Part shown: piece by piece, positions 17,131 through 27,023 of the stretch
How the letters are laid out: every line of letters begins with the position of its first letter
Position numbering within the stretch: position 1 is the stretch's first letter
Assembly (NCBI GenBank): GCA_035504335.1
Contig: DATJSD010000065.1
Span: 76-64,075, forward strand
DNA from: Steroidobacteraceae bacterium
Lineage (GTDB): Bacteria > Pseudomonadota > Gammaproteobacteria > Steroidobacterales > Steroidobacteraceae
Direction of reading: 5' to 3'
DNA length: 64,000 nucleotides
Notes under the pieces: generated by a model
What the model saw: the letters and a program-made list of their open reading frames with translations, nothing else
The model's database searches: none
Told to the model about the DNA's origin: nothing
Made by a program: the position numbers and the translations under genes

Positions 17131-19051
17131 AGGGGATGAACACCCCGTCGCGGTCGATCGCCCCGATGCGGCGCAGATAGCGGATGATCTGCTCGGCCGC
17201 CTGCTCGGGGCGGGTGTCGCGCGTATCGATGTGGATCTCCGGATTCTCCGGCGGCTCATACGGGGAATCGATGCCGGTGAAGTTGCGGATGTCGCCGGCG
17301 CGCGCGCGGCGGTACAGGCCCTTGGGGTCGCGCCTTTCGGCCTCCTCCAGCGGCGTATCGATATAGATCTCGCAGAACTCGCCCGGACCGAGCAGCGAGC
17401 GCGCCAGGCGCCGCTCGGCGCGGAACGGCGAGATGAACGACACCAGCACGATCAGCCCGGCGTCGGTCATCAGACGCGCCACCTCGCCCACGCGGCGGAT
17501 GTTCTCGACGCGGTCCGCATCGGTGAATCCCAGGTCGCGACACAGTCCGTGGCGTACGTTATCGCCGTCGAGCAGGTAGGTGTGCCGCCCCATGCTGTAC
17601 AGGCGCTTCTCCACCAGGTTGGCGACGGTGGATTTGCCCGCGCCCGACAGTCCCGTGAACCACAGCACGCAGGCCTTCTGACGCTTCTGCTCCGAGCGCG
17701 CCGTCTGGTCGATGTCCAGCGCCTGCCAGTGCACGTCCTGCGCGCGGCGCACCGCGCCGTGCAGCAGCCCGGCGCCGACGGTGCCGTTGCTGATGCGGTC
17801 GATCAGGATGAAGCCGCCGGTGTCGCGGTTCTGCTCGTAGGGGTCGAAGGCCAGCGGCTGGTCGGTGCTCACGTGCACCAGACCGATCTCGTTCAGCTCC
17901 AGCTGGCGTGCCGCGAGTTTCTCCAGCGTGTTGACGTTGATCTTGTGCTTGAGCGGGGCGAGGGTCGCCGACACGGTGCGCGTACCGCACTTGAGCAGGT
18001 AGGGCCGGCCGGGCAGCATCGGCTCCTCGCTCATCCACACCACCGTCGCCTCGAACAGCTCGCCCACCGCCGGCGGGGCGGCGGCCGCCGCCAGCATGTC
18101 TCCGCGGCTGATGTCGATCTGCTCCTGCAGCACCAGCGTGACCGACTGACCGCTCTGCGCGTGCTGCACCTCGCGCTCACCGATCAGGATGCGCGCCACG
18201 TGGCCGCTCAGCCCCGAGGGCAGCACCACCAGCGGATCCCCGACGCGTACGCTGCCGCCGACGATCAGACCCGCATAGCCGCGAAACTCCTGATTGGGTC
18301 GGTTCACCCACTGCACCGGCATGCGCAATGCCTGTGCGCCCGCGGGCCGCAGCGCCGGCACACGCTCCAGATGAGCCAGCAGCGTCGGCCCGGTGTACCA
18401 GGGCATGCGCCCGCCGGCCTCGATGACGTTGTCGCCGCGCAGCGCCGACAGCGGCATCGCCACGATGTCGGTGAGACCGATCTGCGCGGCGAAGTCACGG
18501 TAGTCCTGCTCGATGCTGCGGAACACCGGCTCGGCGTACCCGACCAGGTCCATCTTGTTGACCGCGAGCACCACGCGCCGGATGCCCAGCAGCGCGCACA
18601 GGTAGCTGTGCCGCCGCGTCTGCGTGAGCACGCCCTTGCGCGCGTCCACCAGGATGATCGCGAGCTCCGCGGTCGAGGCCCCGGTGACCATGTTGCGCGT
18701 GTACTGCTCGTGCCCGGGAGTATCGGCCACGATGAACTTGCGGTGCGGCGTGGCGAAGAAGCGGTAGGCCACATCGATGGTGATGCCCTGCTCGCGCTCG
18801 GCGGCCAGGCCATCCACCAGCAGCGCGAAATCCAGCTCCCCGCCCTGCGTGCCGAGGCGGCGCGAGTCGCGCTCGAGGGCGCTCAGCTGATCCTCGAACA
18901 GCGCGCGCGACTCGTACAGCAGCCGGCCGATGAGCGTGCTCTTGCCGTCATCGACGCTGCCGCAGGTGATGAAGCGCAGCAGGTCCTTGTCCGCCTGCGC
19001 CGCGAGCCATGCGTCCAGCTGCGGCGGCAGCGGATTCGGTTCGGCATTCAT
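17129..19051 (-). CDS. cysN: bifunctional sulfate adenylyltransferase subunit 1 / adenylylsulfate kinase
   Basis: 640 aa. GTPase motifs [18 protein letters not shown]. The C-terminal APS kinase part has [11 protein letters not shown]. Confidence 0.92.
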   Translation of the reverse strand: MNAEPNPLPPQLDAWLAAQADKDLLRFITCGSVDDGKSTLIGRLLYESRALFEDQLSALERDSRRLGTQGGELDFALLVDGLAAEREQGITIDVAYRFFATPHRKFIVADTPGHEQYTRNMVTGASTAELAIILVDARKGVLTQTRRHSYLCALLGIRRVVLAVNKMDLVGYAEPVFRSIEQDYRDFAAQIGLTDIVAMPLSALRGDNVIEAGGRMPWYTGPTLLAHLERVPALRPAGAQALRMPVQWVNRPNQEFRGYAGLIVGGSVRVGDPLVVLPSGLSGHVARILIGEREVQHAQSGQSVTLVLQEQIDISRGDMLAAAAAPPAVGELFEATVVWMSEEPMLPGRPYLLKCGTRTVSATLAPLKHKINVNTLEKLAARQLELNEIGLVHVSTDQPLAFDPYEQNRDTGGFILIDRISNGTVGAGLLHGAVRRAQDVHWQALDIDQTARSEQKRQKACVLWFTGLSGAGKSTVANLVEKRLYSMGRHTYLLDGDNVRHGLCRDLGFTDADRVENIRRVGEVARLMTDAGLIVLVSFISPFRAERRLARSLLGPGEFCEIYIDTPLEEAERRDPKGLYRRARAGDIRNFTGIDSPYEPPENPEIHIDTRDTRPEQAAEQIIRYLRRIGAIDRDGVFIP

Positions 19052-19974
19052 CAGAAGTAGCCTTCCTGCTTCTTGCGCTCCATCGACGCGGCGGCGTCGT
19101 GGTCGATCACCCGCCCCTGCCGCTCCGAGGTGCGGGCCGCGAGCATCTCCGCGATGATGGCCGGCAGCGAATCGGCCTCGCTCTCGATCGCGCCGGTGAG
19201 CGGATAGCAGCCGAGGGTGCGAAAGCGCACCTTGCGCAGCTGCGGCCGCTCGCCGGGCGCGAGCGGCAGGCGCTCGTCGTCCACCATGATCAGCGCGCCG
19301 TCACGCTCCACCACGGGGCGCTCGCGCGCGAAGTACAGCGGCACGATTTCGATGCCCTCCTGGTAGATGTACTGCCACACGTCGAGCTCGGTCCAGTTCG
19401 ACAGCGGAAACACGCGCAGGCTCTCCCCCTTGGTCATGCGCGCATTGTAGAGGCGCCACAGCTCGGGCCGCTGACGCTTCGGATCCCAGCGATGCTGCGC
19501 CGAGCGCAGCGAGAACACGCGCTCCTTGGCGCGCGATTTCTCCTCATCGCGCCGCGCCCCGCCGAAGGCGGCGTCGAAGCCGTAGCGATCCAGGGCCTGC
19601 TTGAGCGCCTGGGTTTTCATGATGTCGGTGTGCACGGCCGGGCCGTGCACGAACGGATTGATGCCCATCGCCAGCCCCTCGGCGTTGACGTGCACCAGGA
19701 GCTTGAGGCCCAGGCGCTGCGCGGTACGGTCGCGGAAGGCGATCATGTCGCGGAACTTCCAGGTGGTGTCCACGTGCAGCAGCGGAAACGGCAGGGGCGC
19801 CGGGTGAAACGCCTTCAGCGCCAGGTGCAGCATCACCGAGCTGTCCTTGCCGATCGAGTAGAGCATCACGGGGTTGGCGCATTCGGCCACCACCTCGCGC
19901 AGGATGTGAATGCTCTCGGCCTCGAGCCGATCGAGATGGGATAATGGGCTGATGCGGGCGGTGGCATTCTCCAT
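19051..19974 (-). CDS. cysD: sulfate adenylyltransferase subunit 2
   Basis: 307 aa. PAPS-reductase-fold motif [14 protein letters not shown] and a CysD-typical C-terminus. Its stop overlaps the cysN ATG (TGATG). Confidence 0.92.
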   Translation of the reverse strand: MENATARISPLSHLDRLEAESIHILREVVAECANPVMLYSIGKDSSVMLHLALKAFHPAPLPFPLLHVDTTWKFRDMIAFRDRTAQRLGLKLLVHVNAEGLAMGINPFVHGPAVHTDIMKTQALKQALDRYGFDAAFGGARRDEEKSRAKERVFSLRSAQHRWDPKRQRPELWRLYNARMTKGESLRVFPLSNWTELDVWQYIYQEGIEIVPLYFARERPVVERDGALIMVDDERLPLAPGERPQLRKVRFRTLGCYPLTGAIESEADSLPAIIAEMLAARTSERQGRVIDHDAAASMERKKQEGYF

Positions 19975-19990
19975 GGGGGGCGGTCGGGCG

Positions 19991-20048
19991 CTATGCGGTG
20001 GCGGGGGTTGTGCTCTGCGGGCCGTCTCTGCGGGTGATGCTGTGCGGG
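19991..20048. promoter_or_regulatory. four direct CTnTGCGG(G) repeats in the cysD / hemD-like divergent intergenic region
   Basis: ctatgcgg 19991, ctctgcgg 20013, ctctgcggg 20026, ctgtgcggg 20040, with spacings of 22, 13 and 14 nt. Any function is inferred from position only. Confidence 0.25.
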
Positions 20049-20129
20049 TAAGCGCTTGAAGCTGCAGCGATTCTATCGGCTTGCCGACGTTATGTGCTTA
20101 TTCGATGAGCGCGCTGTGCGCTACATCCC

Positions 20130-20972
20130 ATGAATGAGCCGCTGGCCGGGCGGGTCATCGCCATCGCCGAGACGCGCGAGCTCGAGGTGTTCGCCGCCCT
20201 GCTCGAGCGGCGCGGCGCCCGGGTGCTGCGCTATCCGCTGGTGCAGATCGTCGATGCCCCCGACCCGGCCCCGGTGCTCGAGTGGTGCCGGCGCTTCGCC
20301 GCGGGCGGCTGCGACGATCTGATCCTGCTCACCGGGGAGGGTCTGCGGCGCCTGTGTGGCTGCATGGAACGGCACGAGCCGGCGCTGCGCGCGCCGTTCA
20401 TCGCAGCGCTCGGCCGCACGCGCACGATCACGCGCGGGCCCAAGCCGGCGCGCGCGCTGCGCGAGCTGGGCCTCGGCGCCGATCTGCCGGCGCTCGAGCC
20501 CACGACCGCGGGAGTCATCCAGACGCTGCGCACGCTCGACCTGCGCGCCCGGCGCGTGGGCGTGCAGCTGTACGGCGCGGAGGCGAACGAGCCGCTGATG
20601 CGCTTTCTGGCCGAGGCCGGCGCCGTCGCGTTGCCGGTCGCCCCGTACCGCTATGCGCAGGCCGCGAGCGCCGCGGCCGTGTGCGAGCTGCTCGAGCGCA
20701 TGCGCGCCGGCGCGGTCGACGCCATCGCCTTCACCAGCGCGGCGCAGGTCGAGCGGCTGTTTCGTGCCGAGCCGCCCGAGCGCGTGCGCGCCGCGCTCGC
20801 GGCCACGCGCGTGGCCGCCGTGGGCCCGCTGGTCGCCGCCGCGCTCGCGGCGCACGGGGCCAGCGTGCAGAGCGTGCCCGAGTCCGCCTGGTTCATGAAG
20901 CCGCTCACCGCGGCGCTCGTCGCCTCCCTGCAGCGCGGCGAGCCGCTGTCAGGCGCGCAGCCGCGGCTCTGA
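20130..20972 (+). CDS. uroporphyrinogen-III synthase (HEM4) family protein
   Basis: 280 aa. Two-lobed HemD-like pattern (RVLRYPLVQIV..DDLILLTGEG..; VDAIAFTSAAQVERLF). Confidence 0.65.
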   Translation: MNEPLAGRVIAIAETRELEVFAALLERRGARVLRYPLVQIVDAPDPAPVLEWCRRFAAGGCDDLILLTGEGLRRLCGCMERHEPALRAPFIAALGRTRTITRGPKPARALRELGLGADLPALEPTTAGVIQTLRTLDLRARRVGVQLYGAEANEPLMRFLAEAGAVALPVAPYRYAQAASAAAVCELLERMRAGAVDAIAFTSAAQVERLFRAEPPERVRAALAATRVAAVGPLVAAALAAHGASVQSVPESAWFMKPLTAALVASLQRGEPLSGAQPRL

Positions 20973-21047
20973 GCGCACCGGCCGCAGCCGAGGGCGGCCG
21001 CAGGCGCACCGGCAGGGGCGCCGCACGCCGGCCGCAGCCTGGCCGTA

Positions 21048-21569
21048 CTAGCCGTACATGCGGCTGAGGTATCCGAGGAACTGCTCGAGCTCGGGCCTGG
21101 TGAAGCGGCTGGCCATGTGCCGCTCGAGCTGGCGCACCTGCGCCATCAACGATTCGAACTCCGCCGAGCCCGCCTCGGTCAGGGAGATGCCCTGGCGCCG
21201 CCGATCGCGTACCGAGCGGCGCCGCTCGATCAGTCCGGCACGCTCCAGACGGTCCAGCAGCGCGACGATGCTCGCCTTGTCGACCCCCAGATGCGTCCCG
21301 AGCTCGATCTGCGCGATACCGGGGTTGAAGCGCACCAGACACATCAGACTGAAGAGGCCAGGCCGGATCTTGTGCTCGCCGATGAAGCTGACATAAGTGC
21401 GCCAGGAGGCCTGGTTCGCGCGGCGCAGGTTGTAGCCGAGCAGCTTGGGCAGCACGCCCAGATCGACCTTGGCGCCGGCGGCGCGCTCGCCCCGCTCCGC
21501 GCGCTCGGCGCGCTTCACCAATGCCGCACGCCGTGCGCGCGCGCTGTTGCCACTGCCCGCTGCTTCCAT
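21048..21569 (-). CDS. MarR family transcriptional regulator
   Basis: Winged-helix signature LGTHLGVDKASIVALLDRLERAGLIERRRSVRDRRRQGISLTEAG. Confidence 0.85.
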   Translation of the reverse strand: MEAAGSGNSARARRAALVKRAERAERGERAAGAKVDLGVLPKLLGYNLRRANQASWRTYVSFIGEHKIRPGLFSLMCLVRFNPGIAQIELGTHLGVDKASIVALLDRLERAGLIERRRSVRDRRRQGISLTEAGSAEFESLMAQVRQLERHMASRFTRPELEQFLGYLSRMYG

Positions 21570-21735
21570 AGACTCTCGAATCCCCGGTTGGCGACCACAC
21601 GGGCCGGTCGAGCCGCTCGCGGCCCGTGACAGTAGTATATTTTCGTTATCGTTCGCACTGCAAATAGATGGAATCCCGGGCGGTTTGGCCAGCGCACCGG
21701 TGCGCCGTGCGGGCCGCCCGCCGGCACACGGGCCG

Positions 21736-21755
21736 CGTACGGGCAGCCCCGTACG
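21736..21755 (-). terminator. short GC hairpin downstream of aguB (weak terminator candidate)
   Basis: cgtacggg-cagc-cccgtacg forms an 8-bp stem about 40 nt after the aguB stop. There is no U tract. Confidence 0.2.
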
Positions 21756-21791
21756 TCAGCCGCGCCGCGGCAGGCGTCCGCCCGCCGCCGG

Positions 21792-22676
21792 TCAGCCGTG
21801 CGTCGTCAGCGCGGCGTACAGATCCGGCCGCCGGTCACGAAACACGAACCAGCCATCGCGCGCGCTCTTGAGCGCCGCCAGGTCGAAGCTCGCGCTGACG
21901 GTCGCCTCCGCGTCCTGGGGCGCCTCGCCGAGCAGCGCGCCGCTCGCATCGGCGATGAAGGAGGAGCCGTAGAAGCGGATGCTGACCGACGGATCGAGTC
22001 GTGAGTATTCGGTGCCGATGCGGTTGGCGGCGGCGAGCGGCACGAGATTGGCGGCGGCATGGCCCTGCTGGGTGCGCTGCCAGTGCAGGCGCGAATCCAC
22101 CGGGGGCGCGGGGGCCGGCTCGCTGCCGATCGCGGTCGGGTACAGCAGCAGCTCCGCGCCGGCCAGCGCCATGATGCGCGCGCACTCCGGAAACCACTGA
22201 TCCCAGCAGATCCCCACGCCGAGCCGTCCGAAGCGCGTGTCCCAGACGCGAAATCCGCTGTCGCCGGCGGTGAAGTAGAACTTCTCCTGGTACCCCGGGC
22301 CGTCCGGGATGTGTGACTTGCGATAGATCCCGAGCCGCCGGCCGTCCGCGTCGAACAGCGCCATCGAGTTGAAATACACGTTGCCCGCACGCTCGAAGAA
22401 GCTCACGGGCAGCACCACGCCGAGCTCGCCGGCCAGGGCGCCGAAGCGGCGCAGCAGCGGGCTGTCGGCGGCGCTCTGCGCGAGCGCCAGATGGCGCACG
22501 TCCTGCTCGATGCAGAAATACGGCGTGGCGAACAGCTCCGGCAGCAGGATGATCTGGGCGCCCTGGGCGTGCGCGGCGCGCACCATGCGCTCGGCGCGCG
22601 CCAGGTTGGCCGGCAGGTCCCACGTGCAGGCGAACTGCAGCGCGGCCACGGTGACGCGCCGGCCCGGGTCGTTCAT
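21792..22676 (-). CDS. aguB: N-carbamoylputrescine amidase (carbon-nitrogen hydrolase)
   Basis: 294 aa. ILLPELF, IPDGPGYQEKFYFTAGD, GICWDQWFPECAR (catalytic Cys context). Confidence 0.88.
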   Translation of the reverse strand: MNDPGRRVTVAALQFACTWDLPANLARAERMVRAAHAQGAQIILLPELFATPYFCIEQDVRHLALAQSAADSPLLRRFGALAGELGVVLPVSFFERAGNVYFNSMALFDADGRRLGIYRKSHIPDGPGYQEKFYFTAGDSGFRVWDTRFGRLGVGICWDQWFPECARIMALAGAELLLYPTAIGSEPAPAPPVDSRLHWQRTQQGHAAANLVPLAAANRIGTEYSRLDPSVSIRFYGSSFIADASGALLGEAPQDAEATVSASFDLAALKSARDGWFVFRDRRPDLYAALTTHG

Positions 22677-23764
22677 GACGGCACGGGCTGCTCGATCGAG
22701 GGCACGGGCTGCTCGATCGAGGGCACGGCCGGCTCGCCCGTGCGCCCGTGCACGCGCGCGGTGATCGCGATGGCGGTGCGCAGCGCGTGCAGCCCATCCT
22801 CCCCGCTGACCACCGGCGCGCGCTCACCGCGCACCGCCGCCAGAAACGCCTGGATCTCGGCCAGCAGGGCATCACCCGGCTCGAAGCTCTGCTCCTCGAT
22901 GTGTACCGGCAATGCCAGCTGCGCGGCCGACGGCGACCCGGGGCCCTGCGCCGCGCGCGCGGCCTGCGCCGGCGTCGGGGCCCCCTGCGCGGTCAGCGCC
23001 TGCGGCGCGGGGTCGCGCGCCGCACGCTTGCGGATCACGGTGAGGATCTTCTGCTGCAGGTCGATCGACAGGTAGGCGTCATCGCGAAAGATGCGCAGCT
23101 TGCGCTCGGTCTTCAGGCTCACGCGGCTCGCGGTCACGTTGGCGACGCAGCCGTTCTGGAAGCGCAGGCGCGCGTTGGCGATGTCGGCCTCGCTGGAGAA
23201 TACCGCGGTGCCGATCGCGTCCAGCGCCGTCACCGGGCTGCGCACGATCATCTGCAGCAGGTCGATGTCGTGGATCATCAGGTCGAGCACCACATCGACG
23301 TCGGTGCCGCGCTCGCGGAAGGGCGCGAGCCGCTGGCACTCGATGAAACGCGCCCCCGACAGCAGCGGTTCGGCCGCCAGGATGGCGGGGTTGAAGCGCT
23401 CGAGGTGTCCGACCTGCAGGATGCGGCCGCACTCGCGGGCGGCCCGCACCAGCCGCTCGGCCTGTGCCACGTCCTCCGCGATGGGCTTCTCCACCAGCAC
23501 GTGGGCGCCGGCCCGCAGGCAGGCGAGCGAGATCTCGGCGTGCGTCGGCGTCGGCGTGGCGATGCTCACGGCATCCACCTGGCCGAGCAGGCCGCGATAG
23601 TCCTCGTAGGCGCGGGTGCCCAGCTCGGCCGCGACCCGCGCCGCCACCGCCGCCTGCGCGTCGGCGATCCCGATGAGCTCGCAGTCGGGCAGCTGGGCGT
23701 ACTTCTGCGCGTGAAAACGGCCCAGGTAGCCGGTGCCGATGACTGCCGCTCTGATTTTTCCCAT
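22673..23764 (-). CDS. Gfo/Idh/MocA family oxidoreductase
   Basis: ATG at 23764 (MGKIRAAVIGTGYLGRFHAQKY), NAD Rossmann fold, EKP motif (VLVEKPIA). Internal Ala/Pro-rich insertion and a C-terminal EQPVPSI repeat. ATGA overlap with the aguB start. Confidence 0.85.
   Translation of the reverse strand: MGKIRAAVIGTGYLGRFHAQKYAQLPDCELIGIADAQAAVAARVAAELGTRAYEDYRGLLGQVDAVSIATPTPTHAEISLACLRAGAHVLVEKPIAEDVAQAERLVRAARECGRILQVGHLERFNPAILAAEPLLSGARFIECQRLAPFRERGTDVDVVLDLMIHDIDLLQMIVRSPVTALDAIGTAVFSSEADIANARLRFQNGCVANVTASRVSLKTERKLRIFRDDAYLSIDLQQKILTVIRKRAARDPAPQALTAQGAPTPAQAARAAQGPGSPSAAQLALPVHIEEQSFEPGDALLAEIQAFLAAVRGERAPVVSGEDGLHALRTAIAITARVHGRTGEPAVPSIEQPVPSIEQPVPS
22680..22736. repeat. 21-bp in-frame tandem repeat (2.7 copies) at the 3' end of the Gfo/Idh/MocA gene
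   Basis: ggcacgggctgctcgatcgag at 22680-22700 and 22701-21, with a partial third copy. Confidence 0.9.
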
Positions 23765-23776
23765 GCCAGGGCTATT

Positions 23777-24103
23777 ATGCCCAAAGCCATGACCAGCGGA
23801 GCCGAAGCATCGGGCGGGGCATCGGGCGGCCGACTGAGCCGCTACCTCGCGGCGCACGCGTTCGCCCGCGAGCTGCTGGCCGCCGCGCTGTGCCTGCTGC
23901 TCGGACTGGTGGTGATGCCCTGTCTGATCTGGGCCCTGGGGCGCGCGAGCCTCGGACCCTATGAGCACGGCGGGGTGTTCGCCCTGTGGCGCGATTTTCT
24001 CGGCGGACTGGCCGGCGGCTCCGAGGCCTTCTGGCTGGTGCTGTGCGCACCGTATCTGCTGCTCTGGCTGCTGCGCGGCGGCCGGCGGCTGCTACATAAC
24101 TGA
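23777..24103 (+). CDS. hypothetical small membrane protein
   Basis: C-terminal part of track ORF 22748..24103, with ATG at 23777. Two hydrophobic helices (LLAAALCLLLGLVVMPCLIWAL; FWLVLCAPYLLLWLL). Confidence 0.4.
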   Translation: MPKAMTSGAEASGGASGGRLSRYLAAHAFARELLAAALCLLLGLVVMPCLIWALGRASLGPYEHGGVFALWRDFLGGLAGGSEAFWLVLCAPYLLLWLLRGGRRLLHN

Positions 24104-24232
24104 GCGCCGCGATGACATAACCGGCACCGGCCCGTCGCCCGCCCGCGGCGCGCGCGCGCCGGCACCCCCGCGCGTGATAGCTCTCTCAATTCCTGCAATG
24201 CGCATGCAGGCGCGGGGGGCCTATGCCATCCT

Positions 24233-24604
24233 ATGCTGAAGGGGAAGTGTTTGCGGGGCATCGACCCCGCCGAAGACATGAGCGAGCCGAGCAGCAGCGG
24301 GGCCGAGCACAGCGGGCGGGATGAGGTGGCGCAGGAGCAGCCGCGGCGCACCCGCGAGCAGATCCTGCGCGAGTTCAAGCTGGCGCTGGCGATCGGCGAT
24401 GGCTCGCTGCTGGAGGTCGACCAGGATCGCGCCCGCGGCTTCGACCCTTACGATAACAGCCTGGGAGGCCGCAGGGGCGGCCGTGGCCCCGGGATCGGCG
24501 GCGGCTCCGGCGGCCCTGGCGGCCCCGGCCCCGGCATCGGCCAGGGTACGGCCGCTGGCCCAGAGCCCCTCGGCCCGGGCGGCAGGCGGTGGCCTCGGCG
24601 CTGA
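24233..24604 (+). CDS. hypothetical Gly-rich protein (doubtful)
   Basis: Only non-overlapping ORF upstream of prc. Alternative ATG at 24278. No family recognised and the tail is low-complexity Gly/Pro. Confidence 0.25.
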   Translation: MLKGKCLRGIDPAEDMSEPSSSGAEHSGRDEVAQEQPRRTREQILREFKLALAIGDGSLLEVDQDRARGFDPYDNSLGGRRGGRGPGIGGGSGGPGGPGPGIGQGTAAGPEPLGPGGRRWPRR

Positions 24605-24720
24605 ATCCCGCGCTCGCTGCCCCCCGCTTCACCGCAACACCGATTGAATCGGCGGCGTACAGGCTATAGCCTGCTATGCTGTTGCCTGGGTAACTCCCCG
24701 CTGGAAGGCGCCTCACAAGC

Positions 24721-26865
24721 ATGTCGCAACTGTCCCGCTCCTGGCGCAAGCTCTCTGCGCCTCTGGCCCTGGCCGCCCTCGGGCTGCTGGTCCTGTCGGC
24801 CGCCGGATCCTCGGGCGCCCCTGCCGCCACCGGCCTGCTGCCCGCCGGCGCCCTGGCGCCCACCACGCAGCAGCGTCTGCTCGCCCCGCGCATCGCCGCG
24901 ATTCTCGAGCAGAACCACTACCGGCACATTCCGATCGACCAGCATCTGTCGCCGCTGGTGTTCCAGCACTTGCTGACCACGCTCGACGGCCAGCACAGCT
25001 ATTTTCTCGCCAGCGACATCGCCGGTTTCCAGCGCTGGAAGTACCGCTTCGGCGACATGATCCATACCGGTGAGCTCGATCCGGCCTTCCTGATCTTCAA
25101 CGTCTTCCAGCAGCGCAACCGCGAACGCATCCACTATGCGCTGCAGCTGCTCAATACAGAGCCGGATTGGACCACCGACGAGAGCTTCACGGTCGACCGC
25201 GAGCACGCCGACTGGCCGGCGACCGAGCAGCAGATGGACGAGCTGTGGCGCCTGCGGGTCAAGAACGACGCCATTTCGCTGATGCTGAACGGCAAGACCT
25301 GGCCGCAGGCGGCCGACGCGCTGCGCAAGCGCTACGAGAGCGTGCTCAAGCGCATCGGCGAGGTGAGCCCGGAGGACGTGTTCGAGGCGCTGATGAATTC
25401 CTACTGCGCGGCCTACGATCCGCATTCCAATTACTTTTCGCCGCGCAGCTCCGAGGAATACCGCATTCAGATGAGCCAGCAGTATCAGGGCATCGGCGCT
25501 TCCCTGACGCAGAACGACGATTACGTCACCGTCACCAACATCCTGCCGGGCGGCCCGGCGGCCACCGACGGTACGCTCAAGCCGAACGACCGCATCACCG
25601 CGGTGGGCCAGGGTCGCACCGGCCCGATGGTCGATATCATCGGCTGGCGCGTCGATGACGTGGTGCAGCTGATCCGCGGCCGCGAGGGAACCGTCGTGCG
25701 GCTGCAGATCCTGCCGGCCGGGGCCACCCCCGGCACCCCCGAGCACACGCTCGCCCTCACGCGCAACAAGGTCACGCTGCAGGATGGGGCGCCGAAAAAA
25801 GAGCTGCGGCAGATCACCCGCAACGGGCACGTCTACAAGATCGGCATCATCACGATTCCGGAGTTCTATAACAACATGGAGGACTCCGGCGGCGGCGGCA
25901 CCACCAATCGCAGCACCACCAACGACGTGCGGCGCCTGCTGCAGCAGTTCGCGGCCCAGGGCGGCATCGACGGGCTGGTGCTGGATCTGCGCGGTGACGG
26001 CGGCGGCTATCTGCCCGAGGCGATCGGCCTGACGCACCTGTTCATCAGCGGCGGCCCGGTGGTGCAGCTGCGCGACACCACCGGACAGCTGGAAGTGCTC
26101 GATCAGCCCGATACCGGCCAGGTGTACTCCGGGCCGCTCGCCGTGCTGGTGGACCGCACCAGTGCTTCGGCGTCCGAGATCTTCGCCGGCGCCATCCAGG
26201 ACTATCACCGCGGCCTGATCATCGGCCAGACGACCTTCGGCAAGGGCACGGTGCAGAGCGTCATTCCGCTCGACCGCTGGTCCGCGCAACCCCTGCAGGG
26301 CCAGGTCACCGTCACCATCGGCAAGTTCTACCGCGTCACCGGCGAGAGCACGCAGCTGCGCGGAGTCACCCCCGACATCGTGCTGCCCTCGCCGATCAGC
26401 CTCAAGGACGTCGGCGAGAGCATCATGGACAACGCGCTGCCCTGGGATCGCATCGCGCCGGTGGCCTTCCACCCGCTGATGGGCTCGGCGCGCCTGGTGA
26501 AGACGCTGGCCGTCGAGCAGCAGGACCGCGCCATGCATAACGCGGACTATCAGTGGCTGCTGGCGAGCCTCGCCATGCTCGACCAGGCGCGCGACGAGAA
26601 GACGCTGTCGCTCAACCTCGCGCAGCGCCAGCGGGAACGCACGATGCAGGATCAGGAGCGGCTCGCCGAGGAGAACGCGCGCCGCGCCGCCGACGGACTG
26701 CCGACGCTCAAATCGGTCGCCGACATCAACGCGACCGACGAGCCGGACGTCATCCTGGCGCAGGCCGTGGACATCATGGCCGATGAGGTCACGGGCGCCG
26801 CCAGCACCGAGGTGGTGCCGCAGGTGGTGCGCCGCCAGGTGGTCGCTCCGGCAACCACGCCGTAG
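24721..26865 (+). CDS. prc: tail-specific (C-terminal processing) protease
   Basis: 714 aa, signal peptide, PDZ region, S41 catalytic region GLVLDLRGDGGGYL..SASASEIFAGA..GKGTVQ. Confidence 0.9.
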   Translation: MSQLSRSWRKLSAPLALAALGLLVLSAAGSSGAPAATGLLPAGALAPTTQQRLLAPRIAAILEQNHYRHIPIDQHLSPLVFQHLLTTLDGQHSYFLASDIAGFQRWKYRFGDMIHTGELDPAFLIFNVFQQRNRERIHYALQLLNTEPDWTTDESFTVDREHADWPATEQQMDELWRLRVKNDAISLMLNGKTWPQAADALRKRYESVLKRIGEVSPEDVFEALMNSYCAAYDPHSNYFSPRSSEEYRIQMSQQYQGIGASLTQNDDYVTVTNILPGGPAATDGTLKPNDRITAVGQGRTGPMVDIIGWRVDDVVQLIRGREGTVVRLQILPAGATPGTPEHTLALTRNKVTLQDGAPKKELRQITRNGHVYKIGIITIPEFYNNMEDSGGGGTTNRSTTNDVRRLLQQFAAQGGIDGLVLDLRGDGGGYLPEAIGLTHLFISGGPVVQLRDTTGQLEVLDQPDTGQVYSGPLAVLVDRTSASASEIFAGAIQDYHRGLIIGQTTFGKGTVQSVIPLDRWSAQPLQGQVTVTIGKFYRVTGESTQLRGVTPDIVLPSPISLKDVGESIMDNALPWDRIAPVAFHPLMGSARLVKTLAVEQQDRAMHNADYQWLLASLAMLDQARDEKTLSLNLAQRQRERTMQDQERLAEENARRAADGLPTLKSVADINATDEPDVILAQAVDIMADEVTGAASTEVVPQVVRRQVVAPATTP

Positions 26866-27023
26866 ATTCAGGCAGCGCTGCGCATAGAGTGACCGCACCC
26901 ATGGATGGGGAGGATGTCTTCAGGGGAATTGGTCTGATCAATTCCCCTGAAGACATCCTCCGCATCCATGGGTGTCGCCCCTTGCTCTGAGCACCGCTCC
27001 CTGAACCTACGGCGTGGTTGCCG
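26849..27023. repeat. 175-bp nested palindromic element at a convergent gene junction
   Basis: Outer 24-bp arms (26849-26872 vs 27000-27023) have 1 mismatch, and the left arm includes the prc stop codon. Inner 35-bp arms (26896-26930 vs 26940-26974) have 1 mismatch and carry CTTCAGGGGAAT. Confidence 0.85.

Noticed and set aside
17231-19060. 609-aa plus-strand ORF
   Set aside because: It is antisense to cysN/C, which has GTPase and APS-kinase motifs.
24664-26898. 744-aa minus-strand ORF
   Set aside because: It is antisense to prc, whose product has clear S41 protease and PDZ motifs. The antisense translation has no recognisable motifs.
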